Origin: an uncultured Chloroflexia bacterium
Lineage (GTDB): Bacteria > Chloroflexota > Chloroflexia > QHBQ01 > JADMIH01
Assembly: GCA_963797095.1 (NCBI GenBank)
Contig: CAWCNY010000002.1
Span: 32,001-96,000 of the forward strand
Length of the DNA stretch: 64,000 bases
Direction of reading: 5' to 3'
Position 1 is the stretch's first letter, and every line of letters starts with the position of its first letter. The notes under the pieces are model-generated. The model made no database searches. It was given only the letters and a program-made list of their open reading frames with translations, and was not told where the DNA came from. Both the position numbers and the translations under genes were made by a program. Positions 20,801 to 28,130 of this stretch are shown here, piece after piece.

Positions 20801-20909
20801 TGCAATCCAGCGCCAGATAGACGCCGCCGACGGGCAGATAAACTCCCTTGTGTACGAGCTTTATGGGCTGACAGATGAGGAAATCCGAATTGTTGAGTCG
20901 GATAAATAG
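17859..20909 (+). CDS. Type IIG restriction-modification enzyme (Eco57I-like fusion, N6-adenine methyltransferase)
   Basis: NEAQVR...PDY...VEAK nuclease motif; DPACGSGSFL motif I; IGNPPY motif IV; TaqI-C-like TRD. Confidence 0.92.
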   Translation: MPAPQSILSHIERFDNDRQAYKSGVYNEAQVRREFLDPFFKELGWDVENEGGAAVAYRDVIHEDTLKIGETTKAPDYSFRIGGTRKFFVEAKKPSVNLDTDPRPAYQLRRYAWSASLPLSILTDFEEFLVYDCRIKPDAYDGARVARAMYLKYTEYADKWDDIAALFSREAVLAGSLDKYTELLKAKTGSSTVDADFLKEISVWREMLAQDLAARNPHLTQRDLNYAVQMTIDRIIFLRISEDRGIEPYGRLLEAQQGERVYARLCRLFEAADDRYNSGLFHFRDEKGHNEPHDELTPALTIHDDTLRRIITRLYYPDSPYAFSVMPIEILGQVYEQFLGKVIRLDESRNVEVEEKPEVRKAGGIYYTPTYIVDYIVKQTVGKLLEGKTPKQAVDFRIVDPACGSGSFLIGAYQYLLNWHRDWYVADGTQKHKKELYEASGGEWRLTTNERKRILLNNIYGVDIDPQAVEVTKLSLLLRVLEGETGQTLATQLRMFYERALPDLSSNIKCGNSLIGYDFYSATQASFLSPEEHSRINVFNWHEAFPQVFKRDSSGFDAVIGNPPYIRIQTMQEWAPVEVAHYKRRYVSASKGNYDVYVVFVEKGLYLLNKGGQLGFILPHKFFNAQYGEPLRALLAQGHHLAEVVHFGDQQVFSGATTYTCLLFLEKRGSSEVQIAMVENLDQWRRKSQAVYGTVPAEAIAPSDWNFYVGEGADLFGKLRQVPTKLGAIAERISQGIRTSANEVYVLNIVDQATDVLIVHSQSLGKQVEVERAAVTPFLQGREIKSYRVLPSGKVVIIPYHLANGRAKLVPEDEMKTRFPLTLAYLVANRAYLEERERGRMHGSSWYAFVYPKNIELMKSAKILVPDIADRAAFALDEAGEYAFTSGYGITLRPDVSLSPNYVLGLLNSKVLDFYLKRVSTTMRGGFFRYFTQYVEQLPMRAINFADQADKARHDHMVSLVARMVDFYRQSAVAKTPHDKTAIQRQIDAADGQINSLVYELYGLTDEEIRIVESDK

Positions 20910-21201
20910 CCGGGGGTCAGAGACCAAGACCATCAACACCAGAACGAAAGCCCAAGAGAATCAAACGCAGCCTATATAGCTCTATGGTATGAGGTGTTGT
21001 GAGTTCACGACGTGGAACATTGCCTCAATGTCATTGTCAGCGCCCGCCTCCTTGAATAAGGCAATTGCCTCATCCGGCGTGCATAGGCCGTATTCTCGAA
21101 AGAAGGCGGTCGTAAAGTGCCAATCAGAAGGGCCAGATTTTTCGCCGTATTTCGTCTTGCGCCCCACAACATCGGCGAAAGCAACAAGGTCGCATAGCTC
21201 A

Positions 21202-21558
21202 CTAAGCCGCTTTAGCGCAGGATGAAGAACGCGGGGCGTTTTTGTAGGTATAGGCACGCTGCTTGTGTCGGCTCCAGGTCTTGTGTCGTTTCTTATGGCA
21301 TTTTGTACAAAGAGTACGAAGGTTGTCAAGCTCATTGTTGCCTCCCAAGCACAACGGGATAAGATGGTGGACCTCAAGGCGGCAGTTGCGCTTCTTGCAA
21401 TCCCTGCAAGTGAAGTGGTCGCGCAGGAGTGCCAAGCGGCGGATGGCGCGCCAATTGCGGCCTCGTGCAGCACGCCTACACTTGTCGGAGCAATATGCGT
21501 GAATATGGCTCTTCGGTGAGAAATCGGTTCCGCAACTTCGACATTTCTTGGTATTCAT
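21202..21558 (-). CDS. Small HNH endonuclease with N-terminal zinc finger
   Basis: CxxC...YCSDKC; RDHFTCRDC...EVHH...GG.N...NL.TLC..CH. Confidence 0.88.
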   Translation of the reverse strand: MNTKKCRSCGTDFSPKSHIHAYCSDKCRRAARGRNWRAIRRLALLRDHFTCRDCKKRNCRLEVHHLIPLCLGGNNELDNLRTLCTKCHKKRHKTWSRHKQRAYTYKNAPRSSSCAKAA

Positions 21559-21584
21559 CGTGCCGCCTCCTCATTTGTACCTGT

Positions 21585-21613
21585 ATTATACCAGTACAAA
21601 ACGTACTTGTCAA
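21585..21613 (-). promoter_or_regulatory. Perfect-consensus sigma70 promoter for the HNH gene
   Basis: TTGACA-17-TATAAT on the minus strand. Confidence 0.85.
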
Positions 21614-21691
21614 GGGGTTTGCGCAATATTGCTCGAAATTGGTCGGTCATAGTTTGGCAGCATGACGAGCAAAGCTAAATGTAAGAGCCTC

Positions 21692-21720
21692 TTGACAATT
21701 TAGTTTCTTACCTGTATAAT
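21692..21720 (+). promoter_or_regulatory. Perfect-consensus sigma70 promoter for the RHH-like gene
   Basis: TTGACA-17-TATAAT. Confidence 0.85.
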
Positions 21721-21752
21721 ACCTGCATGATATATTTGAGGAGGCATGACAA

Positions 21753-21953
21753 GTGGTAGAAAAGAACCCCAATAAGGGCGGCAGACCTCGCAAGGACACA
21801 CATGCAAGGCAGTTCCCCCTTTACATCTACATGATGGACGAGGAGAGCCTGCAGCAGGTCAAAGAAGCAGCAGAGCGACAAGGGCTTAGCTTCAGCACCT
21901 GGGCACGGACCGTACTGGTAAGAGAGGCACGGCGCATCTTGAGCGGCGAGTAA
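21753..21953 (+). CDS. Small ribbon-helix-helix-like DNA-binding protein
   Basis: GGRPRK, then VKEAAERQGLSFSTWARTVL; GGAGG RBS; paralogue at 27577. Confidence 0.72.
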   Translation: MVEKNPNKGGRPRKDTHARQFPLYIYMMDEESLQQVKEAAERQGLSFSTWARTVLVREARRILSGE

Positions 21954-22120
21954 TTGCCCAAATCGCCCCGCATATTGTAGAGACCCCCCGGTAACTTTCC
22001 ATTTGCCTTTCGGCAATTGTGTGGCCCCCCGGTTCTCTACTTGCCGCTACGCGTGTGACGCGACCCCAAAGCGGCCAACATAAGCACAACACGGAGGGAA
22101 ATGGTTATTAGTGCGGAGAT

Positions 22121-22402
22121 GTGCCCCTGGCGCTTATCCAGTCGTCAAGAGGAGGTAGTTTGTTGGAAACTTTGGAAGCAACGCCTGAAGTATGTGAGTC
22201 GCTCATATTCGATGCGCGTAACCGGCTAATGCTGGCCTATCTAGCTCGTGAAGATGGTGTTTCGGGCGCTTACGAGCGCTTGGAGGTCGAGCGTTGGCGG
22301 GTCAACCTGATGGAAAGCGAGATGGGGCGCCCCTGCCTCCCTGTGCTGACTGAGTTACGCGCATCGGGACAGCAGATTTATCTATTGGACCTTGACGATT
22401 GA
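22121..22402 (+). CDS. Hypothetical protein; likely start about 22162
   Basis: GGAGG RBS precedes an in-frame TTG. Confidence 0.4.
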   Translation: MPLALIQSSRGGSLLETLEATPEVCESLIFDARNRLMLAYLAREDGVSGAYERLEVERWRVNLMESEMGRPCLPVLTELRASGQQIYLLDLDD

Positions 22403-22987
22403 GCGCAGCGCCCCGCAGACCTGTGCGATAATGGGCACCGGGTCGGGGTAGCCATACTTACGCCGGGCGATTATGCAGTTATCGGGGAGCGTGTCAAGAG
22501 CAAATACCCTGAAAGATGATTGCTCCCCCCGATTGAAGCGTAGCCGCCCCGGCTCCGTTCCTGAACGCTGAACATAGTCTGCATGCCAGGCAGCGAAAAG
22601 CCTGAGGTCTATTATCGTCCAGGCTACGAGGCCGCTCTCATCAGGCGACTTGAACCCGTAGAACATCACATCACCTTCGCCATCAAGTATCTTGCCAAGC
22701 TCTGTTCGCCTTCCGCTTGGCACACTGGCGCGCAGAGTGATTTCACCTACATATCTCAGGTAGTCGTAAGCGCGTAGCCTAACTGCGATTCTCCGGTGGG
22801 GAAGGATTGCGTCGGTGTTCTTGTGTCGGTCAATATGAAGGGGCGCGCGTTGGATAGTGTACCGCCCGACAAGCGCGCCGATTTCCGGAAGTAGCATGTC
22901 GTCGCGAGACTGCTCAACGCGGCGGTCAACGTCGGCAACTTGATACAGTAACTGTCTTTGGAGCGTGGGTAATTCGGTGTCAATCAT
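22382..22987 (-). CDS. Phage-type hypothetical protein, possibly restriction-endonuclease-like fold
   Basis: SGRRTELGKILDG.GD..FYGF pattern, recalled from phage proteins; follows the primase-polymerase. Confidence 0.6.
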   Translation of the reverse strand: MIDTELPTLQRQLLYQVADVDRRVEQSRDDMLLPEIGALVGRYTIQRAPLHIDRHKNTDAILPHRRIAVRLRAYDYLRYVGEITLRASVPSGRRTELGKILDGEGDVMFYGFKSPDESGLVAWTIIDLRLFAAWHADYVQRSGTEPGRLRFNRGEQSSFRVFALDTLPDNCIIARRKYGYPDPVPIIAQVCGALRSIVKVQ

Positions 22988-23103
22988 ACTTAGTTCCTCA
23001 GTTCGATATGTGGGGCATAGTTAAGCCCCTAGTTGTAGTTCTAGGGGCAGCCAGCGAGCGGAATCCATTACTTGCTTCTAGTATTCATTACTTGCTTCCG
23101 CCC

Positions 23104-24618
23104 CTATACTCTATAAGGAGAATCCATCGGGGCATATTGCCTGTAATTACCGGGAAGGAAAAGCTTTGTTCGTCTCCCTCTGCCTGCAGCGACATCAAGC
23201 TGCTTGCCACTCGCATCACGAGCGTAGGCAACTATCCGCTTGAGCAGCAGGTTCTTCATAGCTTCTTGACAACGCTTCTGGGGAAGGGCGCACCAGGCCT
23301 CTAGGAATTGCCAGCTAAGGGGGGCCGGGTCACCATAGGTGTGGAGCCACCGCGCTTGGAAGAGAAGGTTGAGCTTGTCATAGACTATGCGGGTGTCTGC
23401 CTCGTCCAGCTCGTATGGCAGGGCTGGAAGTTGGACGCGAGCCGGTTGCACATACCCTGTCTCGACCATGAGGCGCAGATGCCATGTGACGGACCCTGAT
23501 TTGCTGGGACGCACCTCCTCAGGTGAGCGTGGGCGACGCAATGCAAGGGCATACGCGACTTCCGACATGAGAAGCGCCGGGCTTGCATCTGGCCGCACAT
23601 GGAAGTCTCTATAGACATAGACGCCATTCTGGCCGGGATAGATGCTTGCGGATGGACCATTCTCCTCGTGGCCCGGCAAGACACAAAGGAACGTCTTTCC
23701 GAAGGGCACATCAGGGATACCCATAAGCCTACATGCCGCCCGGATGAAGTCCTGGTCGCGGCTAGCATCTGTGAGGTACTCACCAACTAGGCCCCCCTCA
23801 GTTCGGGCGCACTCTGCTATGCGCTGTAGCGCAGCCTTGCGCTCCTGGAGCAAGTTGGGCATGATGAGGCTCTTCTGTGACTGCCTCCTGTTGGCATCGC
23901 TGCGGCCTGTGCTTGGCACTCTTGACCTACCTTCGGCCTGCATCAGCTTCTCAGCGAGCCAGTCGGGTAGACAAAGGGGCGGGCGCTCGTGAGGCCCGAA
24001 ACTTGCAAGCCAGGTGTACCGCCTGCCGGACTGGTGAAGGGAAGGCGGCAGTACCAGATAGCCGCCAACGCCGCGCACATCTACTCCGGGAGCCACTTTG
24101 CCGTTTGAAGCGCTAATGTATCGCCCCCCAGTCGAGAAGAAGAGATGCTCACCCCAACCTTCGCGACCGCTGCGGGCCTTTACGGTCTCTGTGAAGGCCG
24201 GGCCATGCTTCGCTATCCAGTCGTTCAAGGCCTCTATGCCTTCTTCTCCGTCCAGGTCTATTGCGACAAGATTAGCCCTTGCAGGTACGCACCCGATGCC
24301 GGCGTGCGCCCATCGCGTCCACCATTTGCTTATGACTTCACGGTTTGTGGAGGCATTTTTCAGGTAGTCTTTGATAAGGGGCTTTTTGTTGACGCTGTCC
24401 ACCGGGAATACTGGTATTCCGGCTTGGGCGTATGCGAGTGCCCACTCTAGCATATCAGGTGATTCGGTCTGGGTAGGGAGATAAGGAATTGGCTTCGTCT
24501 GCGTTATATTGGGTGCCGCCCCTGTCTTCACCGGAGCATAAGGGCGAACTCTTGGGCGGGTTGGTCGTGTAGTAATTGCGAGTGTCATTTGGCCCCCTAT
24601 TGTGGGCAGGTGCTCCAA
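23104..24618 (-). CDS. Bifunctional DNA primase/polymerase (Prim-Pol) replication protein
   Basis: ALAYAQAGIPVFP, WW..W..AGIG, AIDLD, GEHLFF, GVDVRG.GGYLVLPPS.H.SG..Y.W. Confidence 0.9.
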   Translation of the reverse strand: MEHLPTIGGQMTLAITTRPTRPRVRPYAPVKTGAAPNITQTKPIPYLPTQTESPDMLEWALAYAQAGIPVFPVDSVNKKPLIKDYLKNASTNREVISKWWTRWAHAGIGCVPARANLVAIDLDGEEGIEALNDWIAKHGPAFTETVKARSGREGWGEHLFFSTGGRYISASNGKVAPGVDVRGVGGYLVLPPSLHQSGRRYTWLASFGPHERPPLCLPDWLAEKLMQAEGRSRVPSTGRSDANRRQSQKSLIMPNLLQERKAALQRIAECARTEGGLVGEYLTDASRDQDFIRAACRLMGIPDVPFGKTFLCVLPGHEENGPSASIYPGQNGVYVYRDFHVRPDASPALLMSEVAYALALRRPRSPEEVRPSKSGSVTWHLRLMVETGYVQPARVQLPALPYELDEADTRIVYDKLNLLFQARWLHTYGDPAPLSWQFLEAWCALPQKRCQEAMKNLLLKRIVAYARDASGKQLDVAAGRGRRTKLFLPGNYRQYAPMDSPYRV

Positions 24619-24669
24619 ACGCGCCTGCCCTTCAGTGCTTTAAATCTGCAGTACGGCGAACTTTTCGCT

Positions 24670-24879
24670 TTAGCGCTTGTGGTCGATATAGGCTTCAGCA
24701 GCTTTCGCGGCTTCGGTGGGGTCGTTGAAAACCCCTGGAATAGCGCGACGCCCCGCCCCATAGATAGGGGTTATGCTTGCGCGGTATCGATACAGACGAC
24801 CTGCGGCCCTGCGAACTTCGATGGTGTAGTCCTTATACTGATATGCGTCTACCAGATTTACCCTTGTTCCAGCTTTCAC
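24670..24879 (-). CDS. Small hypothetical protein
   Basis: Coupled (ATGA/GTGA-type overlap) to the upstream ORF; GGAGG RBS. Confidence 0.55.
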   Translation of the reverse strand: MKAGTRVNLVDAYQYKDYTIEVRRAAGRLYRYRASITPIYGAGRRAIPGVFNDPTEAAKAAEAYIDHKR

Positions 24880-25079
24880 TTTGTATCACCTCCCTGGCTC
24901 TGAGTTGTTGCCCATTCTTGGGCTAAGGCGTATAAGAGGCGGCTAATGCAGCCGCGCTCTGTGATTCTTCCCGGTCCGCGTTTGTGGAGAAGTCCTCGTG
25001 CTCTGGCCATAGAGCGAAGGAGTTCTTCCGTCCGGGGTGTAACGGTAAGTAACAACTGCTTTTCCTTAGTCTGCTTCAC
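24876..25079 (-). CDS. Small basic putative DNA-binding protein
   Basis: GGAGGA RBS before GTG; first gene of the replication operon. Confidence 0.55.
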   Translation of the reverse strand: MKQTKEKQLLLTVTPRTEELLRSMARARGLLHKRGPGRITERGCISRLLYALAQEWATTQSQGGDTK

Positions 25080-25096
25080 TGCGTCCTCCTAATTCT

Positions 25097-25193
25097 GTAA
25101 CTGGATACCTATATTTATCCCCTCTACTTAATCAAGCAGGTTCGTATTCGTAACTGGATACCTATGTTTCCCCCTTCTACTTAATCAAGCAGG
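25097..25193. repeat. Two 44-bp imperfect direct repeats between divergent genes
   Basis: GTAACTGGATACCTAT...TCTACTTAATCAAGCAGG at 25097 and 25150. Confidence 0.9.
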
Positions 25194-25233
25194 CAGGTTT
25201 CTTATTCTGAAAGTTATCGGGTAGACTGTACAT

Positions 25234-25665
25234 ATGCTTTCTGCCCGACTTATCTTCGCGCACCCGGAACTATGTCAACCGCTAACCGGGCTATCGCCGG
25301 CTGACTTCCGTGCAACCGCCAAGGGAATCGGAGAGTACTACATAGACGAACGTGAAGCGCGGCTCAGTAGCCGCCCTCGCATCCGGGAAATTGGAGGCGG
25401 CTCGAAGCCGCTCTTGCCAGCAGACGTCATATTGCTGGGCATGATATGGCTACGCTGCCGCCCCACACAAAAGGCATTAGCGGCGCTATTTGGCAGAAGC
25501 GTGCCAACAGTTGGTCGTTACAAGCAGCTAGTAGAGCCAATACTGCTAGAAACGCCTTATGCCTTCCTTGCCACCCCAGACCCCGGACGGAAGCGCAGGC
25601 GCGATTTGGGTGAGTTGCGGGCGGACATTCCGGAGCTAGATAAGTTGTGGCGTCAGTGCCGCTAG
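25234..25665 (+). CDS. Stand-alone transposase-type HTH protein (HTH_Tnp_4-like), no DDE domain
   Basis: LTGLSPADF...GGG.K..L....ILLGMIWLR..PTQ.ALA.LFG.S..TV.R. Confidence 0.7.
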   Translation: MLSARLIFAHPELCQPLTGLSPADFRATAKGIGEYYIDEREARLSSRPRIREIGGGSKPLLPADVILLGMIWLRCRPTQKALAALFGRSVPTVGRYKQLVEPILLETPYAFLATPDPGRKRRRDLGELRADIPELDKLWRQCR

Positions 25666-25932
25666 TTCCTGCAACTTCATGCAAGATTTCCTGCAAGAAT
25701 TGCCTTTCGAATGAAGTCGGTTGAGGCCTGTTTTGAGCACGCTACCCATTCCCGTTGCGCTTGTCGCGCTGTATTTGTACGGGCTACGCGCCGCCCTGAT
25801 ACACGCACAGGCGATAGTGGGTAAGGCAATTGTTGGCGCTGCCTTACGCTCTCGCTTGCCCACAAATGAAAAGGGCCGCCCCTATAGGGCGGTTCTCGAT
25901 GGTTAACGTGCTTGCAGGGTCGGGGAGCCAAG

Positions 25933-27168
25933 CTAAGGAATCAGGCCGGCCTTCTTCAACCTCTTTCTGACACCCATATCAGACATCTGATACTTACGAG
26001 CTACTGCACGATAGTTGCTCTGCGCTACCTCCCTGGCAAGTACCTCAGCAGGAGGCAACTCCTTGGGAACTGCGTTCTTGCTTCGGGTGCCGCTGCCGTC
26101 TTCCAGGTGCAACTCGTGGCGCAGGTGGTCAAGGGGCCCGTATTTGGCATGTTCAGCCAGCAGGTCCTCTTTGCTGATGTTCAGGTAGTATCTGCGGGTC
26201 GTGTCGAACTGCTCATGTCCCAGCGCTTCTTGCAGCGTAGCGCCCCTCATGCCGTTCCGGTGAGCCTGGGTTGCAAATGTGTGCCTGCAAACGTGGGGAT
26301 GGACAGGCACCCGCGTGATGCCCGACAACTTACTCAGTCGCGTGAATACCAAGCGCAACCCTGCATAAGTCAGGGGAGCACCCTGATGGCTGACCCACAA
26401 TTCCTGAAAGGGCGTGCTCATCTTCAATCGGAAGCGGTGGAGGTATGCCCATAGCTCTCGCCTAGCGAAGTTGCCCACCACTACCTGCCTCTCCCTGTTG
26501 CGCTTCCCACGCACTGTAAATAGCCCCTCGCCTGGGTTGATGTCGCCCACTTTGAGGCTTAGAAGTTCTCCGGCCCGGATACCGCTATCCAGCAAGACAG
26601 CAAGTATGCAGCGGTTGCGCTGCACGGTGAAGGGTAGGCCGAAGTTCTCACAGGCAGCGAATAACTGGGCAATCTCTTCGTCGGTAAACACAGTCACCTG
26701 CCAGCGATTAGGCAGGGACGGCATATCCACCAGGCTGAATGGGTTGCGTGGGAGGTCCGCTTCCTTCGTCGCCCAACGAAAAAAGGCGCGCAGGCTTCGG
26801 GCGAAGCCATGCACGCTGGCAGGGGTTAATGGTTTGCGGCTGCTGGGGCGGCACACACCCCACCGGCCACTGTCGCCTGGGTCCTCCTGCAAATAGACCA
26901 GGAAGGCCCGTATGTACAAGGGGGAAATACTAGAGAGGTTAGTTGGATACCCCTCTTCCTTTAGAAACCATCGGAAGCGCTCCAGATTCCACTGATAGAA
27001 TTGGATTGTTCGGGGGCTGTGTCGCTGCGAGCGATGCTTCAGCAGGAACCCTTGAACATAGAAGTTGAAGTCGTCCGCCGATTCTTGAGTAGACTGTTGG
27101 GGGTACAAGCCGCTGCCGGGCGCTTTGAGGTTTGAGTAGCGATTCCGAATTAGATGCTCGTTTGACAT
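25933..27168 (-). CDS. Tyrosine recombinase/integrase with a C-terminal HTH-like extension
   Basis: SAM-like N-terminal domain; GIRAGE (R), GK, HVCRH, LGH and RRYY catalytic set intact. Confidence 0.95.
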   Translation of the reverse strand: MSNEHLIRNRYSNLKAPGSGLYPQQSTQESADDFNFYVQGFLLKHRSQRHSPRTIQFYQWNLERFRWFLKEEGYPTNLSSISPLYIRAFLVYLQEDPGDSGRWGVCRPSSRKPLTPASVHGFARSLRAFFRWATKEADLPRNPFSLVDMPSLPNRWQVTVFTDEEIAQLFAACENFGLPFTVQRNRCILAVLLDSGIRAGELLSLKVGDINPGEGLFTVRGKRNRERQVVVGNFARRELWAYLHRFRLKMSTPFQELWVSHQGAPLTYAGLRLVFTRLSKLSGITRVPVHPHVCRHTFATQAHRNGMRGATLQEALGHEQFDTTRRYYLNISKEDLLAEHAKYGPLDHLRHELHLEDGSGTRSKNAVPKELPPAEVLAREVAQSNYRAVARKYQMSDMGVRKRLKKAGLIP

Positions 27169-27285
27169 GGGTGTTGTCTCCTATTATAGGAGAGCAATAA
27201 CCCCTCAGCTACTCAATTCACGCCTGAAATCGCTGTCTGGCTAGGTTCTAGGCCCGCAACGAGGTGTAATAAGGTCAAACTCGCA

Positions 27286-27326
27286 ATCCGAAGTCAGATG
27301 CTCTAGTTCGCTGAGCTACGGGCGCA
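27286..27326 (-). repeat. 5'-half of tRNA-Arg(TCG); att site
   Basis: 41-bp identity with 15535-15575; ends just past the anticodon loop. Confidence 0.95.
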
Positions 27327-27374
27327 AATATCATGAACCGCTGGCTCGTCCAGATAAAGCAAACTATCGTAGTT

Positions 27375-27403
27375 AGCTTACTTCAACAGCTTATTAGTGT
27401 CAA
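27375..27403 (-). promoter_or_regulatory. Sigma70-type promoter reading into the tRNA 5' half and the integrase
   Basis: TTGACA-17-TAAGCT, 50 nt upstream of the half-tRNA. Confidence 0.7.
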
Positions 27404-27576
27404 GAAAGCTTGAAATAATGGGTGCACAGAAGCGATGCGCTGGCCTTGTACAACATTCAGATCAAGAAATCCAAGAATACATCAATAGACCATCGACCTT
27501 GCCAACAACACCGTAACCAGCGTATAATTAGTAGTGGTATGATAATATACCGAATCATTGTCTGGAGAGAGCGCCT

Positions 27577-27795
27577 ATGACCAATGGGATGGATGCAGAA
27601 ATGCCTGCACGTAGACGGCCCGGCCGCCCACCCAAAGAAGTCCGCATGAAAGAATTCCCGGTGCATTTTTATATGCAATCGCGGGATAGCTTGGACAGAT
27701 TGAAAAGAGCAGCCGAGACCGAAGGTATGTCTCTTAGCACCTGGGCGCGTACCGTATTACTCAGAGAAGCGCGACATATTCTGCACGATGAATAG
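27577..27795 (+). CDS. RHH-like protein, paralogue of 21753-21953
   Basis: PGRPPK...FP...M...SL...K.AAE..G.S.STWARTVL.REAR.IL shared with the paralogue. Confidence 0.72.
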   Translation: MTNGMDAEMPARRRPGRPPKEVRMKEFPVHFYMQSRDSLDRLKRAAETEGMSLSTWARTVLLREARHILHDE

Positions 27796-27860
27796 AAGCA
27801 TGAGAGCGTGCACAAGCAGGGTCATGTAAGAGTGTTAGAGCAAATGAAAGGAGACAGAAA

Positions 27861-28130
27861 TTGGCTAGTGTGACGAATCCTGATCACCGTATGATTAGTA
27901 AGACCCCCCTGAACCAGGTGGAGACAAGGCGAGGCAATATTATGCAATCGCCCTACATGTTCAGGAATCTGCCTGGAGAATTGCGTCGTTTGCAGGCATT
28001 CGTACAAGATGTGCGCGTTATGTTGGGCGAGGATGTGCCCGCCCTTATTACGGAAGTGAAGCACCTGCGCCAGGAGAACAAGCGGCTGGAAGCAAGGTTA
28101 GAAGCACTAGAGAACCATAATCAGCAATAA
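27861..28130 (+). CDS. Hypothetical protein with C-terminal coiled coil
   Basis: EVKHLRQENKRLEARLEALE; AAGGAG RBS. Confidence 0.5.
   Translation: MASVTNPDHRMISKTPLNQVETRRGNIMQSPYMFRNLPGELRRLQAFVQDVRVMLGEDVPALITEVKHLRQENKRLEARLEALENHNQQ

Larger units (their letters stand above)
15535..27326. mobile_element. Element C: integrative element (tyrosine integrase, primase-polymerase, defence cargo) flanked by a 41-bp direct repeat of the tRNA 5' half
   Basis: 15535-15575 is identical to 27286-27326; integrase lies next to the right repeat. Confidence 0.88.

Noticed and set aside
21202-21558. HNH as an IscB/Cas9-like RNA-guided nuclease
   Set aside because: Only 118 aa, with no RuvC or PLMP motifs
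25097-25193. 44-bp repeat pair as a mini-CRISPR
   Set aside because: Only two imperfect copies with a 9-nt gap, located in a divergent promoter region
15575-27285. Complete prophage or ICE
   Set aside because: No terminase, capsid, tail, relaxase, T4SS or FtsK genes recognised
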